DNA of 60,895 bases, from IMG/VR virus record IMGVR_UViG_3300012936_000012, positions 1 through 60,895 of that record; one strand, written 5' to 3'. Shown one piece after another: positions 10,841 to 21,432 of this stretch. The notes under the pieces are model-generated. The model ran no database searches. It saw nothing but the letters and a program-made list of their open reading frames with translations, and was not told where the DNA came from. The first letter of the stretch is position 1; every line of letters starts with the position of its first letter. Position numbers and translations under genes: made by a program. This DNA comes from a virus. Taxonomy: Duplodnaviria; Caudoviricetes.

Positions 10841-11343
10841 ATCTTAAGAAAACAACAAAAGGGTCTTTAACATCAATTAATGAAAATATAGGTCAAGCAT
10901 CTGAGCATAAGATTACTTTTATGTTTAATCCTACATCATTTACAGAGAGCAGATCTGCAGACTACAATTTCTCTGAATCTCAAGGTCAAATATTACCTTT
11001 ATCTCAATATGTGAAGGTAGGAAACACTAGTTTAAAGTTTTCTTTATTTATGTTTAACCATGTTTCTTTAAAAAAAGAATTAAAATCTTTACGAAAATTA
11101 ACTTTACCAAAACGATTGTCTCGCTTCACATACTATGAGCAAGTATCTCCACACAAGTATTTACTCTCTCTGGGGGGAATCGGCGCTTTTACAGGAGTGA
11201 TCCAAACATGCGACATCAATATACTTAGATATCACAAGAAAACATTAGATCCCATACATTTAACTGCAGATATTGAGTTTGTATGTGTTTCAGTATCACT
11301 ATCATCAGATGTCTCCCATTTGAGGCAAATAACAGAGGAGTAA
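10837..11343 (+). CDS. Tail tube initiator (CIS-tube/Afp7-N-like)
   Basis: FMFNPTSFTESRSADY motif; follows the tape measure gene. Confidence 0.65.
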   Translation: MNLKKTTKGSLTSINENIGQASEHKITFMFNPTSFTESRSADYNFSESQGQILPLSQYVKVGNTSLKFSLFMFNHVSLKKELKSLRKLTLPKRLSRFTYYEQVSPHKYLLSLGGIGAFTGVIQTCDINILRYHKKTLDPIHLTADIEFVCVSVSLSSDVSHLRQITEE

Positions 11344-11347
11344 TACC

Positions 11348-11677
11348 ATGGCAGGCTACGATAGAAGTACAAGATACCTTGAATACGGATTGATGGATAA
11401 TTTTGAGTATTCAACTGATGACCGTTCTGCTCATTCAGTACCAAAGTCAGTTAGACTTGTGACAAACTTTCGGTTTACTGCATATGAATCAGAAGTTCAA
11501 AGAGTATATCATGTAGTGAAAGAGGGGGACACAATACATGAGTTATCTATTAGATACTTTGGTGATCCTAAGTTTTGGTGGTTTATTGCAGACTATAATT
11601 CAACAATTGATTTTGATAACTTAAAAGAAGATCAAATAATTAATATTCCTCCTTATTCTGAAGTAAGCGGGTACTAA
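11348..11677 (+). CDS. LysM-domain baseplate protein (gpX/gp53-like)
   Basis: YHVVKEGDTIHELSIRYFGDPKFWWFIADYN...INIP. Confidence 0.85.
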   Translation: MAGYDRSTRYLEYGLMDNFEYSTDDRSAHSVPKSVRLVTNFRFTAYESEVQRVYHVVKEGDTIHELSIRYFGDPKFWWFIADYNSTIDFDNLKEDQIINIPPYSEVSGY

Positions 11678-11678
11678 A

Positions 11679-13976
11679 ATGGGTACACCAAAAAAAAGGT
11701 CAAGCCAACCAAAAACTAAAACAAAGAAAAGATTGAGAAAAAAGGCCAAAAAGTCGGAGTTTTTTATCCCAGAAAGAACGAATCTTGATTTAAAAGAGCT
11801 ATCTGGAGGGCAAGATGATTTATCTTTTTATAGTCTTGTTGGACACACTAATCTTGATCCATATGCCTGGATTTCATTAGATAATGAAAACGAGTTTTCG
11901 GATTTTTATAACTACTTTTCAGTAAGAAGAGGAAAAAAACCTAATGTCGCAGGAATTGTTTCCCTAGTCTACAAAAATGAATACAAAAAGTTTCCTACTG
12001 TTGAGTTTGAATTTACAGAACCCGATTATCGGAAACTAAGAGTAGAGAGTTCTATTGGAGGTGGTGGTTCGGAATTTACTAAAAAATTTACATCAAAAAG
12101 AATCGAAAAACTTAAATATGGGAAAGTTTTCTATATTAGATTTGGGTATGTATCTTCACATGTTCAGTATGGTCCTTTTACAATAATTGAGACTGATTTA
12201 AAATTTGAACAAGGAACTGCAATTTGCAAAATAAAAGGCAGGCTTGGTCATAAATTAAGGAGTGTTAGTTCTGTAAAATATTTCTCAAATACATCCCCTT
12301 TTGACATTGTTAATCAAATGGCAAACTTAACTGGACTCCGTATTAATACTAAAGATTTATTAGAAGATGAATTAGAGGAAATGAGACAAGAACGCATAGA
12401 TGTTTCTTCTCAAGAAAATGTGGGTAAACTTCAATTTGATGTGGCAAACAAGATGGGTTTTGATTTGTATTATAATCCCCAAGACAATTCATTACATTTC
12501 GAAAGTCCGTTCAAATTAGAGTTACTAAACAAAGGTAAAAAACCATATAAAATGAGTTATGGTTTTCCCTCTTCATCCATAGATGAGATAGAAGTGAAAG
12601 TGCATCGCCCAAAAAAAAGGAGGCGCCCCACAGGTGGGAAGCTTCCTATGACACACGGCAAAAAAAAGAATGAAGTTTTGATGCTTGAAAAAAAAGCAAG
12701 ATCACTTATTCATGGAGTAATAAAAACAGATTTAGGAACAATAGTACCCTTATCTAGTTATTCTCTTTTAGTTTATGTACAAGAAGGGGTGGAGACACCA
12801 GCAGGGAACACCCCTGTTCAAGGTACAAAAGAATATTTAGAAGAAACTTATAAAAACAGTGATAATATTCAATATCAAATAGAGAAATCAGGTATAGTCT
12901 TAGCAAGACAGAAAAAAGAGTTCTATAATATATACGCAATAGTTAAGACAGGTGAAGAATTAGAACAAGAGATAATCACTGTAAATGGAACTCAAAATCT
13001 CCAAAAAGAAGTCGGTGATCCTAATCAAATAATAACAGACGTAAGTCAAATTAAAGAGACAGGTATAGACCAATATTCTGTCACTATTTTGAGAAAAAGA
13101 AAAAAGTTAAAAAAAGGATCTAAAGCAAAAAGCCAATCATCATCTGTTTTAGAAGGTAAAATTACTGATACTATTGATATAGATAATAAAAGGCTTACAA
13201 AAATAGGTGAAGTTAGATTTAAAAATAAGATAGACATTGATAGTGTGTACCAAGAAACAAATCTTCCAGACAGTCAAAGAAGCAGAAACATTAAAGCTTA
13301 CAGGAAACTTAAGAGAAGAGAGGCTCAATTAAATAAAGTTAGTGGCAATTATGTTCGTATCATCCCACAAGATAAAACTAGGTTTGCTTTATATTCATAT
13401 CTTGATGAGAGAGGTAATCCGTTCAAGGACTCTTTAATATATGCAGAAGAGGACGGAGATGATAAGCAAGCTTTTGAGTATGTGCCTGCAGCAAAAAATA
13501 AACCGAAGACCCTTGTCTCAAGGCAAATTAGATCAAGAGCAAAGGTTGTAGGAAAAAGAAAAGAGTTAAAAATAACTCTTAGGGCAGGAGATTGGACAAT
13601 GGAGTGTGGACGTTTGATTGAACTAACTGATGTGTATCACGAGTACCGAGGATACTATTATGTTTATTCAGTTGAACACGAAATTGGATCAGATGGATTT
13701 CATACAAAAATTGGTTGTAGAGTAGCAAGTAAAAGATTAGTCAATAATGCCAATAATCCAAATACTGTTCAGGGTACAAGAAAAAACAAAGCAAAAGAAG
13801 CTCAGTCTCCTGAGCGAAGGAAAGTAAAAGTATATCCTGTGAGGAAGTTAACTCCTGCAGACCAAAGAGTGATAAAAGAACAAGAAAAAGGTCAATTTGA
13901 TAGGTTAACGAGAGAGCGGTTAAGGGATGAAGGAATTCTATCCTCCGATAGCTTTGAACCAGGAAAAATATACTAA
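11679..13976 (+). CDS. Baseplate hub protein (gpD/gp27-like) with large basic insertions
   Basis: IRFGYV near the N-terminus and C-terminal GRLIEL...GYYYVYSVEHEIGSDGFHT. Confidence 0.7.
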   Translation: MGTPKKRSSQPKTKTKKRLRKKAKKSEFFIPERTNLDLKELSGGQDDLSFYSLVGHTNLDPYAWISLDNENEFSDFYNYFSVRRGKKPNVAGIVSLVYKNEYKKFPTVEFEFTEPDYRKLRVESSIGGGGSEFTKKFTSKRIEKLKYGKVFYIRFGYVSSHVQYGPFTIIETDLKFEQGTAICKIKGRLGHKLRSVSSVKYFSNTSPFDIVNQMANLTGLRINTKDLLEDELEEMRQERIDVSSQENVGKLQFDVANKMGFDLYYNPQDNSLHFESPFKLELLNKGKKPYKMSYGFPSSSIDEIEVKVHRPKKRRRPTGGKLPMTHGKKKNEVLMLEKKARSLIHGVIKTDLGTIVPLSSYSLLVYVQEGVETPAGNTPVQGTKEYLEETYKNSDNIQYQIEKSGIVLARQKKEFYNIYAIVKTGEELEQEIITVNGTQNLQKEVGDPNQIITDVSQIKETGIDQYSVTILRKRKKLKKGSKAKSQSSSVLEGKITDTIDIDNKRLTKIGEVRFKNKIDIDSVYQETNLPDSQRSRNIKAYRKLKRREAQLNKVSGNYVRIIPQDKTRFALYSYLDERGNPFKDSLIYAEEDGDDKQAFEYVPAAKNKPKTLVSRQIRSRAKVVGKRKELKITLRAGDWTMECGRLIELTDVYHEYRGYYYVYSVEHEIGSDGFHTKIGCRVASKRLVNNANNPNTVQGTRKNKAKEAQSPERRKVKVYPVRKLTPADQRVIKEQEKGQFDRLTRERLRDEGILSSDSFEPGKIY

Positions 13977-13991
13977 TTTTGAGGAAAATCA

Positions 13992-15344
13992 ATGATTCAA
14001 TACACAGATGAATATGAAACTAAATACAGAGATCGTTTTTTTGGTAAACGCAGAGCAATAGTTGAAAACAACAACGACCCGAACAAGCTAGGCAGAATAA
14101 AAGTTAAGAACCTAGAGTTGTTTGGCAATAGTGCTTCTGCGTGGGCTTCTCCATGTTTTCCTTTTTTTGGTGGACGAGACAGTGGATTCTTCTCTATACC
14201 TCCCGTTGGGTCTTGTGTTTGGATTGAATTCGAAGAGGGTCTATTAGATCACCCTGTCTACACAGGGGGGTATTTTCCTATGATTGATGATGGCCACAGT
14301 AGCGACGGTTCTCCGATTGAGGAATCTGAGGAATTTCAGTCTGCGGGGTCGTCTGTTCCTGCTCATGCAAGGGGTGAGTATGATGGGTCAGATTTTGGTG
14401 GCCTGAAAGGAAACTATGGTTTACCTCCTTCGGAATATGAGGGGGAATATGGAAAGGTGACTTTGCTACAGACTCCTGGGGGGCATATGTTAGAGTTTGA
14501 TGATACTGAAGGCGGAGAGCGTATACAAATTCATCATTCAAAAGGGGCGCATATAGAAATACTCCAAGATGGAAGCATTAATATTGTGTCTGAAGGAAAC
14601 TTAATTACGTATGCAGATAAAATATCAGAGACATCTGAAGGAGACAGGGAATCAAGTATAGGGGGCAACAATTCCTCAACCGTTAATGGTGACTTTTCAA
14701 CAACTGTTGATGGTGGAGAAAAAAAGAGTGTCCAGGGAGAAAGTGAAGTAGATGTTGGGTCTTTTTCATTCAAATCAAATTCAAACTCAACATATCAAAC
14801 TGATGGTGTGTTAAATATGAGTGCTTCAAATTTAATGAATGTGTCTTCCGGTGGAGATATTAATTTTGCTTGTTTAAGTGATATGTTTTTATCAAGTATA
14901 GGTGATTTTAGAGTTGTTAGCTTAAATACACTAGAACTACTATTACCAGGTGCGCCATACGTAAGCCCATCAGTTAATGTTATCGGTCAAAAAGGTACAA
15001 GTAGATTTGTGAGTGAAGATCCTTTGGGTGTCTCGGTTTATGGTATTGAAGCAAGAGGAGGGGTAGGTGGTCAAGTTTACATCGGAAATCTGGGAGATCC
15101 GTTTTCAACATCTAGTTTATCGGTTGGGCCGATACCTTTGGTTAAAGAACCAGTGGTAATGGGACTGCAGTTAGTTTCATATCTTACACAACTAAATGTT
15201 ATTCTTGGCACACTAGCATCGGGTTTAATTGCTACTCCTTTTTCTTCGGTGTCCGGGGCAGGAACATCTTTACTTACAGGTATCGGTGTACTAACCCCTC
15301 AAATTGCAACATTAAATACAACATCAGCTTTTGTGAGTCCATAA
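13992..15344 (+). CDS. Baseplate central spike (gp5/gpV/VgrG OB-fold plus beta-helix)
   Basis: NNDPNKLGRIKV, WASPC, GFFSIPPVGSCVWIEFEEG, TPGGHMLEFDDTEGGERI. Confidence 0.9.
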   Translation: MIQYTDEYETKYRDRFFGKRRAIVENNNDPNKLGRIKVKNLELFGNSASAWASPCFPFFGGRDSGFFSIPPVGSCVWIEFEEGLLDHPVYTGGYFPMIDDGHSSDGSPIEESEEFQSAGSSVPAHARGEYDGSDFGGLKGNYGLPPSEYEGEYGKVTLLQTPGGHMLEFDDTEGGERIQIHHSKGAHIEILQDGSINIVSEGNLITYADKISETSEGDRESSIGGNNSSTVNGDFSTTVDGGEKKSVQGESEVDVGSFSFKSNSNSTYQTDGVLNMSASNLMNVSSGGDINFACLSDMFLSSIGDFRVVSLNTLELLLPGAPYVSPSVNVIGQKGTSRFVSEDPLGVSVYGIEARGGVGGQVYIGNLGDPFSTSSLSVGPIPLVKEPVVMGLQLVSYLTQLNVILGTLASGLIATPFSSVSGAGTSLLTGIGVLTPQIATLNTTSAFVSP

Positions 15345-15345
15345 T

Positions 15346-15630
15346 ATGTCTAATAATCCACAACCACCACAAAGTCCAGAAGACCCTGCATACCAACAAC
15401 TTGAATATGCACAAAAAAAGATATTCTTGGAAAGTTTTTTGCGGCAAGAAATATATGATTTTGAGTATGAAAATGGAATCCCTGATGAAGAAGACCTAGA
15501 TCAATTAGATGATGATTTAAGTGAGTCAGTTATTCAAGCTGTAAGAGATTATGCAACAGACATCTCAGATAATTACTCTAGGATAATAATTAAATATATA
15601 GATCTTATGCTTGAGGCAAGAAATCTATAA
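15346..15630 (+). CDS. Hypothetical acidic protein
   Basis: ORF tightly coupled to neighbours; no recognisable motif. Confidence 0.5.
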   Translation: MSNNPQPPQSPEDPAYQQLEYAQKKIFLESFLRQEIYDFEYENGIPDEEDLDQLDDDLSESVIQAVRDYATDISDNYSRIIIKYIDLMLEARNL

Positions 15631-15941
15631 TGAAAAAGCTATTAAAAAAAGAAGTAGAGCATCAGATCTCTCAGATGGAAAAAGCAGTAGAGCCGATTTG
15701 GGATCGAAAAGGCATGACTGCAGAAGAGTATGCAGAGGATTTAGAAAAAAGACTTCTAAACGCACTTTCTATTTTGAAAGATGGAAAAGGAGATCGTTCT
15801 CTAGTAAAATCAACAATCAGAGATACGCTTGAATTTATTGCATGGGGTTCTGCAGTTAATGAACTTCAAAAAGCTTCGCAACTCTTAAAAACAATACTAA
15901 GAGAGGACATTAAATATGGCACTGCAAAGAGGGATAACTAG
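15630..15941 (+). CDS. Hypothetical protein
   Basis: TAATG coupling; predicted helical. Confidence 0.5.
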   Translation: MKKLLKKEVEHQISQMEKAVEPIWDRKGMTAEEYAEDLEKRLLNALSILKDGKGDRSLVKSTIRDTLEFIAWGSAVNELQKASQLLKTILREDIKYGTAKRDN

Positions 15942-17142
15942 AGAAGATAGCTTTAGAGAGGCACTTGATCAAATACCTTCAAACTTTAATCTATCCTGGG
16001 GAAAAGGACTTAATAAAGAAGATTTTGAAGATACTTTTTTAGGTGCAATCTTTGATGATCTTGCAGAAGCAGGCCAGCTTGCTGCGGGCTTTATAGATAG
16101 TACAAATGCAATTCTTGAAATTGTGTCTGCAGCAGTTCAAGTCACACTATTGAATTTAGGTATCGTAGTAGATCTTTTCGAAGGAGTCCTACTATCTTTG
16201 AATCTTCTTTTAGATACATTTAGAGAAGCAATCACTGGAATAAGTGCAAACTTTCTTTTTCACTTCCCATCGACATACAAATCGAGGAGAACTCCGTCTG
16301 AGCTTATGTATGATATAGGTATGTCATACCTAGACAAACAAGATAAGAATAAGCCTGTATCAAATTTAAATAACTCTGCGGCAGTTGTCGTTGCAATTTG
16401 GTCTTTGCCGAATATTGCTAAGTTAGATGAAGTTTATCAAAAACTAAAAAGAGCAATCAAAGGTCTTCCTGTGACACCGATTACTGAATCGCCCAGGTAT
16501 AAAGAAGGTCTTTTTTTAGATAGTAAATTTGTTTCTGAAGGAACTTCTTCTAAACCAGATTGGAAATATGGACTAGATTTAAGTGACATTGGTGCATTTA
16601 AAAAACTTCTCAATGGCATTACGAAGCTGATGGGACAAATAGATACGAAGAGATCTAATTTAAGTAAGTATAACTTTATAATTGATTTAGTTATACAAAG
16701 ACTAAACAAGATTTCTTTAATAGCAACAGAGTTGTCTGAGACAATTGAAGCATTATCAACATTATTGAGTCTTGGAGACTCCACTGGCGTTTTTGTTTGC
16801 AAAGGAAAAGGAGATAACCTTGATTTTGCAAAAACACTAATAAATGCTCCTCTTCATCCAACTTATCCAAGTGCCGATTTTTTAGAAAGTGTAGATTTAA
16901 ATCAGCCTGGCAATCAGATTAATGCAGACCTTGGAAGACAATCTCTGTTTTCTGGTGCAATGGCAATACATTTGCAAGTAGTTGATGCATCTGAAGATAC
17001 TTTCAACGCAATTGTAGATCTGTTCAAAAAACAAGGAAGCGAATTTGGGACATTACAGTCTGAGCCAGTTGCTAATGCAGTAGAGCGCTTTAATAGAATC
17101 GACATTTCTTCAAATAGAAACCGAACAGAAAGAGAGAACTAG
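15916..17142 (+). CDS. Hypothetical helical baseplate-region protein
   Basis: 408 aa; GAGGA RBS; long amphipathic/hydrophobic helices. Confidence 0.5.
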   Translation: MALQRGITREDSFREALDQIPSNFNLSWGKGLNKEDFEDTFLGAIFDDLAEAGQLAAGFIDSTNAILEIVSAAVQVTLLNLGIVVDLFEGVLLSLNLLLDTFREAITGISANFLFHFPSTYKSRRTPSELMYDIGMSYLDKQDKNKPVSNLNNSAAVVVAIWSLPNIAKLDEVYQKLKRAIKGLPVTPITESPRYKEGLFLDSKFVSEGTSSKPDWKYGLDLSDIGAFKKLLNGITKLMGQIDTKRSNLSKYNFIIDLVIQRLNKISLIATELSETIEALSTLLSLGDSTGVFVCKGKGDNLDFAKTLINAPLHPTYPSADFLESVDLNQPGNQINADLGRQSLFSGAMAIHLQVVDASEDTFNAIVDLFKKQGSEFGTLQSEPVANAVERFNRIDISSNRNRTEREN

Positions 17143-17143
17143 T

Positions 17144-17515
17144 ATGCCTTCAATTAGCGGGTTGTCATTGCCATTAAAGATCACACCACGGGGGGGGGTT
17201 TCTCGTTCAATCGGAATAGAGAAGATTAAACAAAATCTAAAAGCATTAATACTTACTTCTATCGGAGACAGGGTAATGAGTCCCCGGATAGGAACGATGG
17301 GTTATATATACCTTTTTAGAAACATGACATTTGAAGAAAGGAATTTGCTTGAAACCCAAATTGCAACAAACCTAGAGAGAGGTGAGCCAAATGTAATTAT
17401 CACAGAAGTAGACATTTTTGATGTGTCCGATCAAGGCAAAATAAATGTTGTGATAAAATTCAAAATAGATCAATACGAAGAGAATTATGATATCTCAGTA
17501 ATTTTGGAGGCTTGA
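17144..17515 (+). CDS. Baseplate wedge protein gp25/gpW
   Basis: IKQNLKALILTSIGDRVMSPRIG, EPNV. Confidence 0.85.
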   Translation: MPSISGLSLPLKITPRGGVSRSIGIEKIKQNLKALILTSIGDRVMSPRIGTMGYIYLFRNMTFEERNLLETQIATNLERGEPNVIITEVDIFDVSDQGKINVVIKFKIDQYEENYDISVILEA

Positions 17516-17516
17516 G

Positions 17517-19415
17517 ATGGCAATTAGAACTGAACCGAAAACCTTGGGTGGTTTGCCCGTACAAATTGACTACACTGCAAGAGATTACACTTCAATACGT
17601 GAAGAGTTAATAAGACATATTGATTCAATTGCTCCAAACTGGACAGATAGATCCCCATCTGATATAGGAGTAACATTGCTAGAAGCAATGTCTTACATGG
17701 GTGATATTCTTAGTTATAATTTAGATCGAGTTCATAACGAGTCCTACTTAGCAACTGCCCAAACACAACAAGCAGTATCTTATATTTTAAGATTGATTGG
17801 CTATAGCATGTCTCCTCCATCACCTTCAATTGTCTCCATGGTGATCACGACTACACAAAATAATGTAATATTACCTGAGGGGTTCACAGTAAAGACGACA
17901 GACGAAGATGGGGAGCTTCTTGAGTACCAACTAACGGAAGAGGTAAATTTAGCTGTAGCGGGCCGATATGCAGTGTCATATGATGTGAACGACGCAATAC
18001 GCATATACAGTGATCCAAATGTTATTACAGATGATCGTTTACTTTTTGTTGCGGGCAGATCGATAACTGAAGAGTTAGCTATCTCAACAGGTCGTGCAGA
18101 TCAGGCATACCTCACTTCACAAGGCCCTGCATGTATGTCGTCTGACGACAGTTCTCCTGTGAGAGTCTTTGTTGGCTCTACAGAATGGACAAGTAAATCT
18201 TCTTTTGTCGGTACAGAGTCTAATGACACTGTATACACTTATCGTTTTCTCGTAGATGGATTGATATTAATTCAATTTGGGGATGGGGTTCTAGGTCAAA
18301 TACCGACAATAGGTGAAATAATAACAATTACTTATAGGATAAACGGAGGAGAAGAAACGAATAGAGCAGGAGCAGGTACAATAACTTCTTTCACACCAAT
18401 TAGTGGAATATCTAGTGTATACAATGTAAATCAACCAAGTGGAGGAACAGATCGAGAGACTCTCGATCATGCAAAGAAGCATGGTCCGCTTTCATTGAGA
18501 GCAATGGATCGTTGTGTCACATTAGAAGACTTTGAGATTATGGCAATAAATACTCCAGGGGGTGGAATTAGGTCTGCTAGAGCAGTTAGAGGTAGAAGTT
18601 CAATTGATGTTGATGTGTATGTAGCTAGCGAAGGAGAGAATCCAGTGCCTAGTGGATTTTGGTTTTCAGAAATAAACAATGGGTACGGTACAATTGGAGC
18701 AGTAGGAAGATGGTTAGATCAAAAGAAGCCAATACCAACGAGACTCAATGTTCTTGCTCCGACGATGATTGAGATCTATATTGAAGCAAACATATACGTT
18801 TATGCAAATGTGTTAAGAGCTACTGCTAGAGAAGAGGTAGATTTAGCTTTGCAACGTCTTTTTAATTCAATTACAGACAATTTTGGGGAGGGGCTACCTC
18901 TTTCTGCTGTGCATCAAGCAATTGAGAACACCAGAGGGGTTGATTATGTTGATATTATTGAAATGCATAAAACCCCCAAGATGAGGTTATTAAATGGAGA
19001 TCAAAGTGCGTTTGATACTGCTGTTGTTTCTTTTTTTGACTTTGGTCAAAATATTACTGAGCAAGAATATGAGCTAATTTGGTTAGGTGCGGACACATTT
19101 AAACTCAAAGGATCAAAAACAGGGTACGTTTTAAATTCAGATGGGGTGCAAAAGGTCTTTACAACAACTGAAACATGTATTGTTTATATTTATCCTCCAA
19201 ATAATGTAAATAATCCCGACCAAGAACTTCAATTCAAAATTAACTTTTCTTTCACCCAAGATGTTCCTTCCAGGGGCAATATTTGGACGTTTAGTGTGGG
19301 AGTATATGCAGGGAATATTTCTTGTGAAGACCATGAGATATTGGCTTCTCCTTTAGGTTTGAATCTTAGATTAGACCCACAAACGATTAATCTAAATTTC
19401 TTGGGAGGGATCTAA
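17517..19415 (+). CDS. Baseplate wedge protein J/gp6 (Afp11-like)
   Basis: IDYTARDYTSIREEL, WTDRSPSDIGVTLLE, FGDGVLG, GGTDRET, RCVTLEDFE. Confidence 0.9.
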   Translation: MAIRTEPKTLGGLPVQIDYTARDYTSIREELIRHIDSIAPNWTDRSPSDIGVTLLEAMSYMGDILSYNLDRVHNESYLATAQTQQAVSYILRLIGYSMSPPSPSIVSMVITTTQNNVILPEGFTVKTTDEDGELLEYQLTEEVNLAVAGRYAVSYDVNDAIRIYSDPNVITDDRLLFVAGRSITEELAISTGRADQAYLTSQGPACMSSDDSSPVRVFVGSTEWTSKSSFVGTESNDTVYTYRFLVDGLILIQFGDGVLGQIPTIGEIITITYRINGGEETNRAGAGTITSFTPISGISSVYNVNQPSGGTDRETLDHAKKHGPLSLRAMDRCVTLEDFEIMAINTPGGGIRSARAVRGRSSIDVDVYVASEGENPVPSGFWFSEINNGYGTIGAVGRWLDQKKPIPTRLNVLAPTMIEIYIEANIYVYANVLRATAREEVDLALQRLFNSITDNFGEGLPLSAVHQAIENTRGVDYVDIIEMHKTPKMRLLNGDQSAFDTAVVSFFDFGQNITEQEYELIWLGADTFKLKGSKTGYVLNSDGVQKVFTTTETCIVYIYPPNNVNNPDQELQFKINFSFTQDVPSRGNIWTFSVGVYAGNISCEDHEILASPLGLNLRLDPQTINLNFLGGI

Positions 19416-20851
19416 TGGCAACGCATGAACAGTGGCAGTTTTCTTTTGTTAAAGAAAAGGGAAGTGATGTACTGAATGTTCCTTCTTTAGGAGCAAAAGT
19501 ACCTTTGATTATTGAACAAAGCTCGTTGAACAATAATTCGGTACTTGATTTAAATCAACCAAGTACAGTTGTTAGTGGAGAGCATAATCGAGTTAGATAT
19601 GGGTTTCCATCAGATCCAGATGGTTTTACTTTAACTGGTAATGTAAAACTTCTGAAAAAAAAGAAAGAATTCCCTAGAAGCTCATTAGATGCTACTGCAG
19701 ACGTTGTCTTTTCAACAACTTTAACAGGAGATAGGGATGTTTACAAAGATTATGTAGACCATGAAAACTCTGAGAAACAAAATATTTGGTATTACACAAT
19801 CTTTTATGAACTAACAAGAGTTGCAGACGACACGAACATTTGGGCATATTCTTCTGTCCATGGGCATGACAGGGCGTTTGTTCTTACAAACGGTGAATCG
19901 ATTTACGGGAACAGATTATATAACTATTTGCCTGTAGGCATTCGACTGCTTGATGAGTCTGATGGTGATTTAACTATCAGTAAGATAGATCAAATAGTAG
20001 GTAAAGCACTTGACGAGTTTAAGCAAAAATTGGATCATTTCTCTAATACTAGATTTGATATAGCAAATGTTGATGCACATTTAATTCCTTATATTGATCA
20101 ACTTTTGGGGTGGCCAACAAATTTTGAGTTAAGTGAGCTAAGAAGAAGAAAAGAGACATCAAATGCAATCACACTTTGGAAGAAAAAGGGGACTTCTTTA
20201 AATATAGAGTTTGCTGCTCAAGTCCTGACTGGGTGGAACACAGAGCTTGTAGAAGGGTATAACTATGTTCTTACGACATATGGGGGTGAAGAGGTGTTTG
20301 ATCCAAATGTCCCTCCAAATGATTGGGTTGAAAGTACAGACGGGGTGTGGTCAGATTTGGTTAACAGCATACCTTTTAATGGAACAGTAGACTTAACTGA
20401 TCCTAACTCAGTTAGAATACAAGGTCGATCTACAGATAATTATCGAGTTATTGCAGAAAGTGAAAATCAGGGTTGGAGGAATCCTTATGGAGTCTTAGTT
20501 CAATTGATCTCACAAATAAATGATGAAGATCCCCTTATTTCTGACTTAGCTAGAGATAAGTTAAGACGATTGATTAGCTACCTCTTGATACATTATGCAA
20601 ACGCACACATACAAGTTGATGACTACAATTTAGAAAATTTTGTGTTATCATTTACGGAATCTCACGAGGATGATCTAAGAGTTCCTGACTCTTCAGAATT
20701 AGATATAGTTGAAACTATTACTACCTCTTGGAATGCACCTACTATTTACACTTATCCTCATCCAGATCCAAATATTACACTGGCACAAAACGGAACGTGG
20801 ATCAACGGAGTAAGTGAAATAGCAAGGCTTCCACACGTCGCCATAGGATAA
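19415..20851 (+). CDS. Baseplate/tail protein I (P2 gpI/gp7-like domain)
   Basis: LYNYLP, LIPYIDQLLGW, WKKKGT motifs. Confidence 0.75.
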   Translation: MATHEQWQFSFVKEKGSDVLNVPSLGAKVPLIIEQSSLNNNSVLDLNQPSTVVSGEHNRVRYGFPSDPDGFTLTGNVKLLKKKKEFPRSSLDATADVVFSTTLTGDRDVYKDYVDHENSEKQNIWYYTIFYELTRVADDTNIWAYSSVHGHDRAFVLTNGESIYGNRLYNYLPVGIRLLDESDGDLTISKIDQIVGKALDEFKQKLDHFSNTRFDIANVDAHLIPYIDQLLGWPTNFELSELRRRKETSNAITLWKKKGTSLNIEFAAQVLTGWNTELVEGYNYVLTTYGGEEVFDPNVPPNDWVESTDGVWSDLVNSIPFNGTVDLTDPNSVRIQGRSTDNYRVIAESENQGWRNPYGVLVQLISQINDEDPLISDLARDKLRRLISYLLIHYANAHIQVDDYNLENFVLSFTESHEDDLRVPDSSELDIVETITTSWNAPTIYTYPHPDPNITLAQNGTWINGVSEIARLPHVAIG

Positions 20852-20854
20852 AAA

Positions 20855-21430
20855 ATGGATTTTAAGTTACAAATCGTAGGACAATATCAAGACACGTTAA
20901 TCTGGAAAAACTCACTCGGTATTACAAGGACTGAGGTTAGACCCTTTAGATTAAACCAAGTTCAAGATTCATCTTTAAATTTAATTACAGGTTTACTGAC
21001 AAACTCTTCAGGAATGACCTCTCCTCCCGTTGCTAACCTAGGAGCAATAAGCTTCTTGGCTCTAGGTTCGGGGCAGTCAACTTGGGATGCCGACCCATCA
21101 AATGTTGTAAAACCTACAACACAAACAACTTTGGAAACAGAGACATTTAGGTTTTCTTTATCTCCAAACGATTTTGTGTTTCTAAATTCAAGCTCAGGAG
21201 CAACATTGAGTCCTCAAGCTCTTTCGAGTCGATTTAAAGTCTCATATACGCTTGGTACTGCAGATGCCAACGGAGATCTTAGAGAGTTTGGGCTTTTTGG
21301 AGGAGATGCTACATCAACATTAGATTCAGGAATCATGTTCAACTGGATCACGCATCCTCTAATACAAAAAGATAACACATTAACAATTCAAAGAACAATT
21401 GATATTGCTTTCTCAATCAACAGGAGTTAA
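20855..21430 (+). CDS. Tail collar / fibre-anchor-like protein
   Basis: ALGSG..., TTLETE.FR, ANGDLREFGLFGGDA, FNWITHPLIQK motifs. Confidence 0.55.
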   Translation: MDFKLQIVGQYQDTLIWKNSLGITRTEVRPFRLNQVQDSSLNLITGLLTNSSGMTSPPVANLGAISFLALGSGQSTWDADPSNVVKPTTQTTLETETFRFSLSPNDFVFLNSSSGATLSPQALSSRFKVSYTLGTADANGDLREFGLFGGDATSTLDSGIMFNWITHPLIQKDNTLTIQRTIDIAFSINRS

Positions 21431-21432
21431 GA

